Of a stretch of 37,032 nt of DNA, positions 16,771 through 26,501 are shown piece by piece; position 1 is the first letter of the stretch; the number at the start of each line of letters is the position of its first letter. The notes under the pieces are model-generated. The model searched no databases, was not told the origin of the DNA, and saw nothing but the letters and a program-made list of their open reading frames with translations. A program made the position numbers and the translations under genes. This DNA is from a virus (Duplodnaviria; Caudoviricetes), in IMG/VR virus record IMGVR_UViG_3300020045_015549, positions 1-37,032 of that record; one strand, written 5' to 3'.

Positions 16771-17479
16771 AGTTGGAACAAAAGTCCGCGATTGGATCGT
16801 TGGAGAAAGAGACAAAAGTAAAAAAAAGGGAAGGCATTATTTTTGTCAGTGCAAATGTGGAAGGATTCTCTCAAAACCTATTGGAGATCTTATCCGAGTA
16901 GGCCCCCAAAGTTGCAAATCCTGTGCATGTAAACGAAGAGAGTTTGGAAAGTTGGGAATCTATAAACCTCTTGAATTGTCAGGAGGGAAATTTGGTAAAT
17001 GGAAAGTCCTTGAACGCATTTACAATGGAAAAATAGGAACTTATTGGAAATGTCAATGTGACTGTGGAAATATATCAGATATTTTTGGACCTGATCTTAA
17101 AAGAGGACGCACCACTCAATGCAAAGAGTGTGCTTGTAGAAAAAAAGCCACCACCCATGGCTTTGCCACAAAAGGGAAAATAACCCCCGAATATAGATGC
17201 TGGGCAGCTTTAAAAAGCAGATGTCTAAACCCAAACGACAAACGATTCAAAGATTGGGGAGGGAGAGGCATAAAAGTTTGCAATGAATGGGTACAATCGT
17301 TTGAAGTTTTTCTTGCCTATGTAGGAAAAAAGCCGAGTCCTCGCCATTCCATCGATAGGATTAATAATGAGGGAAATTACGAGCCAGGGAATATTAGGTG
17401 GGCCACACCAAAACAACAGGCTAACAACAAAAGAAACACCGCAATACGCATAGGTAAAAATGACCGGAATCCTATCTAA
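16748..17479 (+). CDS. HNH-type homing endonuclease
   Basis: Two CxCxCG...SC/QC Zn modules; WGGRGIKVCNEW...SIDRINNEGNYEPGNIRWAT.KQQANN. Confidence 0.85.
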   Translation: MKPPIKIEVGTKVRDWIVGERDKSKKKGRHYFCQCKCGRILSKPIGDLIRVGPQSCKSCACKRREFGKLGIYKPLELSGGKFGKWKVLERIYNGKIGTYWKCQCDCGNISDIFGPDLKRGRTTQCKECACRKKATTHGFATKGKITPEYRCWAALKSRCLNPNDKRFKDWGGRGIKVCNEWVQSFEVFLAYVGKKPSPRHSIDRINNEGNYEPGNIRWATPKQQANNKRNTAIRIGKNDRNPI

Positions 17480-18956
17480 AGAATGGAGGATGAACAACCT
17501 CTACCGAATCGTGAACAGGAATGGCGACTCCATCAAATTTGTCCTGAATCCTATCCAATCAGAAGTGCTTAAAAACTTGCACACAAGGAACCTGATCCTT
17601 AAAGCAAGGCAGCTCGGGCTTTCAACGTTCGCCGTTATCTATTACCTGGATGAGGCGCTCTTCAAGGAGAACAATTCTGTCGGTATTGTCAGTTACTCCC
17701 TGGAACATGCGCAGCATATCTTCAAAAGGATCATCGGCCATGCTTTGGACACTTTGCCAGAAAAGCTAAAACCTTTAGCGGGGATCGTCAACAGGTCAGC
17801 CAGGGAAATCACCTTCAACAACGGTTCATTCATCCGGGTAGACACTACTTTACGGGGCGGTACATGTCAGCATGTGTTGGTCAGTGAGTTTGGTAAGACC
17901 TGCGCCAGAAACCCCTTGAAAGCGGAAGAGGTCATTACTGGAACTCTTCAATCCGTACCCATCAGCGGCTCGGTCATTATCGAGAGTACTGGAGAGGGGA
18001 ATGAAGGGTATTTTACCGAACTTTGCAATCAAGCCATCACTCAAGGCAATGAAAATCTCTCTCCTCTCCAATACAAGTTGCATTTTTTCCCTTGGTTTAA
18101 AGAAGTCAGTTACAGAATGCTGCAAGACGTAACCTATGGTACAGAACTCACCGACTACTTCAACAAGATCGAAAAGGAAACGGGAGAGACGATTGACCGT
18201 CATCAACGAAACTGGTACGCACATCAATCTAGTGTCTTGGGCGACAAGGTGCGTCAAGAGTATCCCTCTACCCCAAAAGAAAGCTTCCTCGCTACTTCCG
18301 ACGCCTATTACTTCCAGCAATGCATAGAAGCCGCCTACAAGTCCAATAGATGCCTTAACTCTTCCATGTATGACGCCATCTTCCCTGTCTATGTGGCGAT
18401 GGATATAGGGGTAAACGATCTCACCGTGATGGTCTTCTTCCAGGTGATCCACGGAGAGATCCGAGTGATCGACTATTACGAAGACAAGAACAAGGGCGTC
18501 GATTTCTACGCTAAGTTCCTCCTTCAAGACAAAAAGTTCCTCTATGACACCATCTTCCTCCCTCACGATGCCGCCCATCGGGACGGCATCGTTGTGGAAA
18601 ATACCTACCAGAGAGATTTTCAAAGACTCTTTGGCCAGACCAATACAAAGTTCATCGTCTTGAGAAGAACCGACAAGAATGTGATGATCTCAAATGCAAA
18701 GATAAAATTTGAAAGATGCGTCTTCAATATCGGAAAGGTCAAGCCGTTCCTGGACATGATCGCCAAGTACCGGAAGAAGTGGAGCGAGGCGGTGGGGAAG
18801 TGGTTGGACGAGCCTCTTCACGATGTAAGTTCGAATTACGCGGATGCTTTTCAGTATATGGGTTTGGCGGTCAATCATCTGGAAGCGGTTGGAGGAAACA
18901 AGTCAGCCATTGAAAAGCACAAAGAATTAGTCGCCAACAGGAAAGGAAAAATCTAA
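17460..18956 (+). CDS. terL: Terminase large subunit
   Basis: LILKARQLGLST (Walker A), VLVSE (Walker B), IIEST coupling motif, AMDIG nuclease, C-terminal YADAF. Confidence 0.95.
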   Translation: MTGILSKEWRMNNLYRIVNRNGDSIKFVLNPIQSEVLKNLHTRNLILKARQLGLSTFAVIYYLDEALFKENNSVGIVSYSLEHAQHIFKRIIGHALDTLPEKLKPLAGIVNRSAREITFNNGSFIRVDTTLRGGTCQHVLVSEFGKTCARNPLKAEEVITGTLQSVPISGSVIIESTGEGNEGYFTELCNQAITQGNENLSPLQYKLHFFPWFKEVSYRMLQDVTYGTELTDYFNKIEKETGETIDRHQRNWYAHQSSVLGDKVRQEYPSTPKESFLATSDAYYFQQCIEAAYKSNRCLNSSMYDAIFPVYVAMDIGVNDLTVMVFFQVIHGEIRVIDYYEDKNKGVDFYAKFLLQDKKFLYDTIFLPHDAAHRDGIVVENTYQRDFQRLFGQTNTKFIVLRRTDKNVMISNAKIKFERCVFNIGKVKPFLDMIAKYRKKWSEAVGKWLDEPLHDVSSNYADAFQYMGLAVNHLEAVGGNKSAIEKHKELVANRKGKI

Positions 18957-19028
18957 AACGATGTCCTGTAAATAAATAGTCCCCTCTTTTCCGTTTCTTC
19001 AAATTATCTCTACTGTTAAGTTAAATTT

Positions 19029-21143
19029 ATGCTTAACGCCAACGAGATCTGGAGTGAGTTCCAGGAAAACTACCGCTATGCTCACGATTACTGGTCTCCT
19101 TTTGTCGCCAACGCACAGGTTTACACTTTAGCCGCATCCGGCTACACCTGGAGCGATCAGGAAAGGATTCAGCTTACTAAGGAAGGTAGAGAGCCTCTAG
19201 AGCTGAATATCATGAGAAGGCCCCTACAATTCTTCTCTGGATACCTGCGAGACAACCTTAACTCTATCGTCATCGCCCCAGTCGAAGGTAGCGATCAAAA
19301 GACTGCCGATCAATTTACAAAGCTCTCCTATTACACCTGGGATAAGGGTGAGGGGTATTCCACCTTCCTAGACGCCGCTGATGAATCCATGAAAGCAGGG
19401 ATCTCTTTATGCGGTCTCATGATGGATTACTCAAAAGACTTCATCAACGGAGACATCAAATTCTTCAAGAGATGCTTTAATCAATTCTACCTCGATCCTA
19501 CCTTTGAAAGAACTGACCTCAGCGACTGCGCCTTTGCCATAACAAGGGACCTTCTCGATAGAAATCTGATCAAGCAACTCTTGCCCTTCGTCGAACCATC
19601 CCTCATCGACAATATCCAGAACGCCTTCAGGGATGACAAGTTTCTCTCCTACCATCCGAACTTCACTACTTTGAGTCGCAACCGCAACTTGATGGCTTAC
19701 GATCAATACTACAAGCGGACCACAAGGAAGCGAAAGTTCCTCATCGATGAAAGCTCTTCCTATTACCGTGACATCACCGATCTGGATAGGGAAGAAGTCT
19801 CCAAGCTGAAACTCGGCATCCACCGTTTGAGAAAGATGCGAGAAGACGCAGAAGAAGGGGAAATGGGCGAAGAGGGCCTTCCACCTGTCTTAGAGATTAG
19901 AGAGGAAAATAGACCCTACGTAGAGCTTCACATCATGCTCAACGGACAAGAAGTCTATAACGGCGAGGACAAGACCGGGATTACAGAGACATACCCCTTC
20001 GCACCGATCATTTCCTATTTTGAACCTTCTATCTGGATGCCATCCCAAAGAATCCAAGGTATCGCCTCTTGTCTCTGGTCAGCTCAAAGACAGTTCAACA
20101 AGCGCCACATGAAGATCGTAGACATGATGGACTCCACCATCTCTACCGGCTTCAAGTACCTGATTGGTTCTTTGGCTGATCCGCAAGATCTCCAGCAGTC
20201 AGGACAGAACAAGATCATCGGCGTAGATCCAGAGGGAGCGGGTGCAGCGGGTTTGGGCGCTGTAGAACAGTTGCAAGGAGGGGGAGCCAATCCAGCTCTC
20301 GTAGAGTATCAGCAAGTTTTAGATCAATTGACCCTTACACTCGCCAACATCAATGAATCGGTGCTTGGCGTCGATGAGAAGGGGAATACCCAAGTCTCCG
20401 GAAGACTGGCTCAGGTGAGGATTGCTCAAGGACTAAGGTCAAATCGAAAGATCTTCGACAACATCGAGCTGAGCCAAAAGATCTTGGGCGGCTTGGTATT
20501 GAAAGCCATCCAGAACCACTATCCTCCAGGCAAAGTGGAACGGATCATCGGGGAAAAGCCGACAGAACAATTTTATGAAAAAGAGTTCGAGCAGTATGAC
20601 GCGGTAGTTAAAGAAGGCGTCAGGTCCCAGTCCCAGCGGGATGCTTACTACTATGAACTCATACAACTCAAAAAAGATGGAGTGGTCAATGTTCCCGAAT
20701 CTGAAATTGTTAGAGCGCTTCAAATGGCTGGCCTCGACGATCTACAAAAAGCTATTCAACAGCAACAAGAGCAGCTAGGCCAGCAGCAACAGATGGCTGC
20801 TAAAGTGGAAATGGAAGCTCTTGATGCTAAGAAGCAAGCGGACCTTGGTTTGGCAGAAGAGAGGAAATCTAGGGTAATCAGCAATCTTTCTCTAAAAGAC
20901 GAAAGGGAGTCCGAGGCTACACAGAATATTGCTCAAGCAGCCCTTGATAGAGCCAGAACCATCACAGAGATCGCAAAAATGGCAGATGACCGGATCTTGT
21001 CAGTCCTTCAATTCGTCAATCAGTTAGTCCAGCAAGAATCACAAGAAAGAGAAATGCAAAAAGAGCAGGTCGCTGAGCAGGCAAATAGTGTCGATGCGGC
21101 GACGGTAGGTGTGGATGATGATCAATATGAGAGTGTTCCATGA
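19029..21143 (+). CDS. Portal protein (P22-like)
   Basis: 704 aa after TerL; GREPLELNIMR motif; Q-rich coiled-coil C-terminal barrel. Confidence 0.9.
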   Translation: MLNANEIWSEFQENYRYAHDYWSPFVANAQVYTLAASGYTWSDQERIQLTKEGREPLELNIMRRPLQFFSGYLRDNLNSIVIAPVEGSDQKTADQFTKLSYYTWDKGEGYSTFLDAADESMKAGISLCGLMMDYSKDFINGDIKFFKRCFNQFYLDPTFERTDLSDCAFAITRDLLDRNLIKQLLPFVEPSLIDNIQNAFRDDKFLSYHPNFTTLSRNRNLMAYDQYYKRTTRKRKFLIDESSSYYRDITDLDREEVSKLKLGIHRLRKMREDAEEGEMGEEGLPPVLEIREENRPYVELHIMLNGQEVYNGEDKTGITETYPFAPIISYFEPSIWMPSQRIQGIASCLWSAQRQFNKRHMKIVDMMDSTISTGFKYLIGSLADPQDLQQSGQNKIIGVDPEGAGAAGLGAVEQLQGGGANPALVEYQQVLDQLTLTLANINESVLGVDEKGNTQVSGRLAQVRIAQGLRSNRKIFDNIELSQKILGGLVLKAIQNHYPPGKVERIIGEKPTEQFYEKEFEQYDAVVKEGVRSQSQRDAYYYELIQLKKDGVVNVPESEIVRALQMAGLDDLQKAIQQQQEQLGQQQQMAAKVEMEALDAKKQADLGLAEERKSRVISNLSLKDERESEATQNIAQAALDRARTITEIAKMADDRILSVLQFVNQLVQQESQEREMQKEQVAEQANSVDAATVGVDDDQYESVP

Positions 21144-21664
21144 TGCCACTTGATATGACACTTTCTACAAAGAATGATCAGATTAGACAGGTCATTATTT
21201 TCCCTGTCAGTATCTATATGGTGGGCATCCAATCTATCCACAGATTTACAGACTGCACAAAAATTAGGAAGTTCTCTAAATGCGTATCTTCTATAGCTAA
21301 ATTTTCCGCTGATAAAATTCGGATTTTTCTCTCTAAGTTTCGTCGTGGATCTAGCTCCAGATTTATCGAAGCACTTAACGGAACAATAAACACTGTCTCG
21401 TCTCCAGTTAAGAGCCAGTATTGGCATCTGGCATTCCCTACAGAACTTGAATTTGTCAGGATACCTAAACTTATTAGAGCAGGAAATAGAGCAAAACTTC
21501 CTCTTTTTAGTTTTATGGTGGGCAAATTCCACATTACATACTTGACATTGGGTAACTACATGATGATCAAGATTGTAACATTTTCGAGAGCAGTAAAACG
21601 CATTAAGCCTTTTTGCTCTAGTAACTTCAAAGGACTGTTTGCAGAAATTGCAAACTTTTTCCAT
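21122..21664 (-). CDS. HNH endonuclease with repeated Zn-finger modules, inserted antisense
   Basis: Three CxxC...YCS/FCSxxC modules; CAVC...LDAHHIDTDRENNDLSNLIILCRKCH. Confidence 0.85.
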   Translation of the reverse strand: MEKVCNFCKQSFEVTRAKRLNAFYCSRKCYNLDHHVVTQCQVCNVEFAHHKTKKRKFCSISCSNKFRYPDKFKFCRECQMPILALNWRRDSVYCSVKCFDKSGARSTTKLREKNPNFISGKFSYRRYAFRELPNFCAVCKSVDRLDAHHIDTDRENNDLSNLIILCRKCHIKWHHGTLSY

Positions 21665-21710
21665 AGGTTGACTCCTATGACATTATCAACCATTAAACCA
21701 TAAGGTAAAT

Positions 21711-21929
21711 ATGGCTTACAACAACAATAAGGGTGGCAAAGCAGCTCCTGGGAAATTTATGAGCTCAGGTAAGGGGCTTTGCAGTTATCCCGACGGCACG
21801 ATGTCCAAAGCATCTAGGGTACAACCTGAATGTGGTCCTGGCTCCAATGCCGACCAGGGAAAAGCAAACCGATTGCTTAAATCTGCCCAGAAGAAAGTTG
21901 ACTCTCTTCGCGGCGCAAGCGGGATGTAA
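21711..21929 (+). CDS. Small basic head-region protein
   Basis: 72 aa with AAGGT SD, between portal and scaffold. Confidence 0.65.
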   Translation: MAYNNNKGGKAAPGKFMSSGKGLCSYPDGTMSKASRVQPECGPGSNADQGKANRLLKSAQKKVDSLRGASGM

Positions 21930-21932
21930 TGC

Positions 21933-22310
21933 ATGTCTGTAGCTCCTCTCATTGAAGTTCCCGATCTTCTCCTCCATCCCGATTTCATGGATGAAAAAGA
22001 GACGCTCAAGAAGTTCTTGAACAAGGCGCTAGAGACAATCGTCAATCAAAACCAAAAAAGACAAGAGAGCTACTTCGTCATCTTCCACGAGAAATCGGAT
22101 GCATCCAACTCTCAGCATAAGATCCGTGTGAAGACCGAGATGCCTTCCTTCCTCACAAATTCGATTGTGTGGTGGGTGAATAATAAACAAGGTATCTGCG
22201 AATGGCTCTGGACAGTTCCCCCTAAAGAAGCGGGGAAACCAATGAGGGTTGAGTTTAATACTACAGGTGTCGCCTACCTGCAAGCAAAGGGTGCTATGCC
22301 AGCGCAATAG
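21933..22310 (+). CDS. Hypothetical head-region protein
   Basis: 125-aa ORF in the head operon. Confidence 0.65.
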   Translation: MSVAPLIEVPDLLLHPDFMDEKETLKKFLNKALETIVNQNQKRQESYFVIFHEKSDASNSQHKIRVKTEMPSFLTNSIVWWVNNKQGICEWLWTVPPKEAGKPMRVEFNTTGVAYLQAKGAMPAQ

Positions 22311-22337
22311 GCTGTATTGCGATTTAACGGGGTTTAG

Positions 22338-22985
22338 ATGAGTGCAGAGACCGTTCCTGTAAAAGAAGAGGCTGAAGAAGTATCGGCTCCTGTAGAGGCT
22401 GTAAAAGAGCCTGTAGAGGCAGTAGAAGAATCGTCTTCACAAGAGGAAGGAAAGGAAGAAGTAGCCCAGAAAGAGACGAATGTCCCTTTACACGCTCTTC
22501 AAAAAGAGCGGAAGAAGAGACAGGAGCTTGAAATTGAGCTGCGGCTTCTGAAAGAGCAACAGGCAAAACCTGCGGCTTCTCCTCAAGAAGATGAATCCAG
22601 ATACGAAGCAGTCACGAAAGAAGAGTTGGGGAATTCCCAAAAAAGCATCATCCGCGCTGTTGAGGAGAGAGCTTGGATAAAAGACTTTCCTGAAAGAGCG
22701 GCTGAAGTAAACGAGAAACTAGGTGAATTTTTAAAGCAACGTCCCAATCTCGCCTCCGCGATTGAGTCGTCTACGAATAGATATGAAGAGGCATGGGAGC
22801 TAATGGATAAATTATCTCCAAAGCAGAAAAGCGCCCTCCGGCCGGTAGCTTCAGCTAAAAAGGACGCCCCAGGATCTCCATCCTCCGTCCCCAAAGCCGC
22901 AGCCATCAACCAAGCGGTAGACTTTTCTGGCATGACTGACGCAGAATTTAATACGTGGAGACAACAAAAGAGGAAGAAGAGGTAG
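22338..22985 (+). CDS. Capsid scaffolding protein
   Basis: Acidic N-terminus, VPLHALQKERKKRQELE motif, directly upstream of MCP. Confidence 0.8.
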   Translation: MSAETVPVKEEAEEVSAPVEAVKEPVEAVEESSSQEEGKEEVAQKETNVPLHALQKERKKRQELEIELRLLKEQQAKPAASPQEDESRYEAVTKEELGNSQKSIIRAVEERAWIKDFPERAAEVNEKLGEFLKQRPNLASAIESSTNRYEEAWELMDKLSPKQKSALRPVASAKKDAPGSPSSVPKAAAINQAVDFSGMTDAEFNTWRQQKRKKR

Positions 22986-23016
22986 GGACTAAAGTGCTTA
23001 AAGGAACTAACAACAC

Positions 23017-23955
23017 ATGTCCATTACCACAACCTCTACCTATGGCTCGATGGCCGATAGATGGGCACACCGTGCTCTTCTCCAGCGATCTAAGCCCCGT
23101 TGCATACATAATCTTTTTGGAAGAGCTTTCACGCTCCCTCAAAAGAATACCGACACAATGGCATTTAGACGCCAGGAAAACCTAAACAACGATCCTGTCG
23201 TTCTAGCCCAAGATGCCGATCCTGCTCCTGAGCAAGTACAAAAATTCGACATCAACGTCACCATCCAAGAGTTCGGCAAAGTTGTATTGCTCTCTAGGAA
23301 AGTGATCTTGGTCGTTGAAGACGATACAGCCAATGAGACAGCCGATAACCTATCTCAGTGCATGCATACCATGCTCGATAAAGTTACCAGGGATGTCTTT
23401 GATAGCGCAGTTCCACAGATCTCCTGTCTGAACGGCATCAACGGCAACGCCATCACTGAACTGACACAGATCGACGTCAACCGAGCGATCGCCTATCTCG
23501 ATGAGAATGATAGCGAGAAGATGACGCCTACTGTTGAAGGTACAATGAGATTCGGTACCGGTCCAGTAGAGCCAGCATACTGGGTATGCGCTCACGTCAA
23601 GCTAAAACCCGATATCAGGTCTCTGGATGCGTTTGTACCTACTTCCCAGTATGGAAGCCAAGATCCAGTCCTCCAGGCTGAATTCGGCGCTACTGACGAA
23701 GCTAGATGGGTAACGTCTACCCTTGTGAAATTCACAAGCGACAGCCCTCCTGTCTATAGCAACACCTTCATCGCAGCGAATGCGTATGGATATGTTGGCT
23801 TGGATGAAGTCTCTACCGAGATGATTTTGAAACCCCTTGGCTTCAACGATTACCTCAATAGATTCCAGTCTATGGGATTTACCGCATGGTTCAATGCCGC
23901 CATCTTGGATGACTCTCACATCGTAACCCTGCTGTCAACCCAATCGGCTGCATAA
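23017..23955 (+). CDS. Major capsid protein (N4-gp56-like family)
   Basis: Position after scaffold; LPQKNTDTMAFRR...INVTIQEFG and EFG...ARWV patterns; strong AAGGA SD. Confidence 0.85.
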   Translation: MSITTTSTYGSMADRWAHRALLQRSKPRCIHNLFGRAFTLPQKNTDTMAFRRQENLNNDPVVLAQDADPAPEQVQKFDINVTIQEFGKVVLLSRKVILVVEDDTANETADNLSQCMHTMLDKVTRDVFDSAVPQISCLNGINGNAITELTQIDVNRAIAYLDENDSEKMTPTVEGTMRFGTGPVEPAYWVCAHVKLKPDIRSLDAFVPTSQYGSQDPVLQAEFGATDEARWVTSTLVKFTSDSPPVYSNTFIAANAYGYVGLDEVSTEMILKPLGFNDYLNRFQSMGFTAWFNAAILDDSHIVTLLSTQSAA

Positions 23956-23971
23956 TTTTTAAGGAGTAACT

Positions 23972-24736
23972 ATGTCTGATCTATTCAAAGGTCAATCGAT
24001 GAGCGAAGCCTTCCAGTTCGTTTCTGCTGCGGCCGCTCATACCTTCACTTTCAACTTCCAGCCCGATAAGGTTGTTTTTAATAACCTTACCGCCTGGACG
24101 TCAACAGCGGGCAAATTGCCTATCAGTGTTTGGTTTAGAAGCCAAACCACGGCAGCTCATGCCTTCCAACACAAAGTCATCGACTCGGCAGCCGCTCAGT
24201 CCTTCAACTTCGTGGATCTTTCGTCTAACGGCTTTACCGTAGCAGATACCGACGGCGGAGTTCCTGCGTTCAGGGCTTCTATCTCGGCTGTCTCTAAAGC
24301 TGATCCTTGCGTAGTCACCACTTCGGCAGCTCATGGCTTCCAAGATGAGCAGATCGTGCGGATCACTGACTTAGGTGATGTAGGGGTAAGTAACAGAGGT
24401 ATGGGGCAATTGGATGGCAATCGATACAGGATCACTGTCACTGCCTCCACTACCTTCTCCTTGAAGGATCCTGTCACCGATGAGCCAATTGACTCTACCG
24501 ACTACACCACTTGGGTGGCTGGCGGAAGATGTACGGTTGAATCGAGAGTCATATCGCTTAACAACCCCCAAGTGTATCCGTACGCGTCAACACCCTATAC
24601 TCCCAACCCGTTTCTCTATGACCCTGTAACTTATAAACTTACAGCAGGAACTTCGGTTATGGGCAGTGATAACGATGTATTTCTTATTGAAGTATATAAG
24701 TGGGGACAGATAGAGGACTTAGGTGATTTAGCATAA
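23972..24736 (+). CDS. Virion (decoration-like) protein with E1-FCCH-like domain
   Basis: ISAVSKADPCVVTTSAAHGF...IVRI...GMGQLDGNRYRITV...TTFSL...DSTDYTTWVAGG. Confidence 0.7.
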   Translation: MSDLFKGQSMSEAFQFVSAAAAHTFTFNFQPDKVVFNNLTAWTSTAGKLPISVWFRSQTTAAHAFQHKVIDSAAAQSFNFVDLSSNGFTVADTDGGVPAFRASISAVSKADPCVVTTSAAHGFQDEQIVRITDLGDVGVSNRGMGQLDGNRYRITVTASTTFSLKDPVTDEPIDSTDYTTWVAGGRCTVESRVISLNNPQVYPYASTPYTPNPFLYDPVTYKLTAGTSVMGSDNDVFLIEVYKWGQIEDLGDLA

Positions 24737-24794
24737 CCTAAAGACTAGCGTAATAACTCTCACAATGATAGGCTCCCCTGAAAAGGAGCCTATT

Positions 24795-25433
24795 ATGCTT
24801 TGTAACGTTTGCCAAGAAGACAAAGATCCCACTGAATTTTACAAGAACTACAGGAAATGCAAAAAATGCAGATGTAAAGAAACAACTGAATGGAGAAAGA
24901 ACAATAAAGAAAAAGTATCGGCTTATAGGAAAAAAAACAGACTAGAAAACTTAGAGGCTCATAGAAAAAAAGATAAAGAAAAAAGAAAGAAAAATCCAGA
25001 ATCTCATGCTGCAAGAATAAAAAGATACCGTGAAAAATATCCCAATAGAGCTGCTGAAGCCACAAAAAGATGGAGGGATAGAAACCATGAAAAAGTCTTG
25101 GCTAAAGCCGCCGAGTGGAGAAAAAACAATCGGGCCAAATGTCTGGAATATACTTATAAATGGCGAGAAAAACATCCTGATAAATCTACCCAAGTAATCC
25201 GAAAAGCCGCGCAAGTTCAAAGAGAAAAGTTCCCCGAGAAAAATAAAGCCAGGAAAATGGTATTTTCAGCTCTGCGAATTGGATTCTTGATTAGACCCTC
25301 CACATGCTCAAGATGCCTAAAAGAATGCAAGCCTCACGCCCACCACCCTGACTACTCAAAACCCCTCGAAGTGATCTGGCTCTGTCGTTCATGCCACAAT
25401 CAGGAACATGAAAAAGACGGAATGTCCGTCTGA
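24795..25433 (+). CDS. HNH-like endonuclease with K/R-rich helical repeats
   Basis: N-terminal CNVC...CKKC; xxWRxxNPEK-type repeats; C-terminal CSRC...HAHHPDYSKPLEVIWLCRSCH; AAGGAG SD before ATG 24795. Confidence 0.8.
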   Translation: MLCNVCQEDKDPTEFYKNYRKCKKCRCKETTEWRKNNKEKVSAYRKKNRLENLEAHRKKDKEKRKKNPESHAARIKRYREKYPNRAAEATKRWRDRNHEKVLAKAAEWRKNNRAKCLEYTYKWREKHPDKSTQVIRKAAQVQREKFPEKNKARKMVFSALRIGFLIRPSTCSRCLKECKPHAHHPDYSKPLEVIWLCRSCHNQEHEKDGMSV

Positions 25434-25699
25434 ATTCGCATTCCATTGTCATGTCGCCCGACATTATACCGTCCGACATAATAGCGGTGACGCCTCCCAA
25501 CCATTCGGAAATCCCTAATAGTTCCCACTCCCCCCTTTTTCTCTATGCAGCTGTTCACTAGAACTATGCTGTTCACTATATATTGAACAGTGAAAGACCC
25601 CCCATCTATACCGATTTATATCCCCGTATAGCTTCTCTCGATTACGCTGTCCCCCAAAATAATGTCTTGATAGAATGACCCATCATAGAGGCTCTCTCC

Positions 25700-26029
25700 A
25701 TGGTAGCAGTCGGACAACTCCCCCATCGCTTCACCATCAACCACATCTCCAACTCTCTCCCTTGCACTGTGACGACAGCCGTTGCCAATGAATACGAAAC
25801 AGGCGACTTTGTAAGGTTAACAGGCCTCGATGGCTGGATGCCTGTCCCTAGAGGCGTAGATGAGCTGAACAACAATCGCTACCGGATCGTTGTGACGGGG
25901 ACGACTACATTCACTCTCCAAGACCCCATCACACATGAGCCAATCGATTCTTCAAATTTTCCTTCGTATGTAACGGGCGGCTCAGTTAACTTGATAGAAA
26001 CGACATTCTTTTATTATGGAGAAGAATAA
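25700..26029 (+). CDS. Stand-alone E1-FCCH-like domain virion protein
   Basis: Paralogous to the central domain of 23972-24736 (NRYRI.VT..TTF.L.DP.T.EPIDS). Confidence 0.7.
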   Translation: MVAVGQLPHRFTINHISNSLPCTVTTAVANEYETGDFVRLTGLDGWMPVPRGVDELNNNRYRIVVTGTTTFTLQDPITHEPIDSSNFPSYVTGGSVNLIETTFFYYGEE

Positions 26030-26499
26030 TGCCACGACCTAGGAAAGTAAAAACTGAAGAATCCGACACGATGGGTAAAGCCCTTAGTTCCGTCCCCCAA
26101 GACAAAGAGGGGACCGATCTTCGCAACATGCCGCTCGCAACTCTGGCCGATTACTGTCGCTACAACAAGGAAGCAAGACGTCTCAATAAGAAACTGGGCA
26201 TCTTGCGCTATCCAGTCAAACAATGCCCCTTGGAGCTTCACCCTACCGACAGGATTGTCTTTGGACGGAAAGATCAACCCATGAACCCGCTCCCTGTCTA
26301 CCTATCCAATGAACTGATCGAATTCAAGATGAAGCTCATCCCAGGGAAAACCTACGATCTTCCGAGAGTCGTCATCGACTACCTCTCCAAGAAAGGGACT
26401 CCTATCTGGAAATGGTTTGATAATGCCGATGGCTCTAAAGAAACCCGTGTCGCTGCCGTAGATCCTAGATTCTCTATCAGAACGGTCTATCAGGATTAA
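26029..26499 (+). CDS. Hypothetical morphogenesis protein
   Basis: 156 aa, TAATG coupling, GGAG SD. Confidence 0.7.
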   Translation: MPRPRKVKTEESDTMGKALSSVPQDKEGTDLRNMPLATLADYCRYNKEARRLNKKLGILRYPVKQCPLELHPTDRIVFGRKDQPMNPLPVYLSNELIEFKMKLIPGKTYDLPRVVIDYLSKKGTPIWKWFDNADGSKETRVAAVDPRFSIRTVYQD

Positions 26500-26501
26500 G
26501 T

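Noticed and set aside
17850-18623. - strand 257-aa ORF inside terL
   Set aside because: Antisense shadow of the terminase frame
21140-21703. + strand 187-aa ORF overlapping the portal stop
   Set aside because: It is the antisense of a clear HNH gene and has no recognisable features
22983-23019. Scaffold-capsid readthrough fusion
   Set aside because: The MCP ATG is 31 nt after the scaffold stop, out of frame, and has its own SD
13407-25433. Group I introns or inteins housing the HNH genes
   Set aside because: Flanking genes (terL, portal, MCP) read as intact frames of normal size, and no intron core or intein motifs were seen
25540-25595. CRISPR mini-array
   Set aside because: Repeats are only 11 bp with a 7-bp spacer, and there are no cas genes
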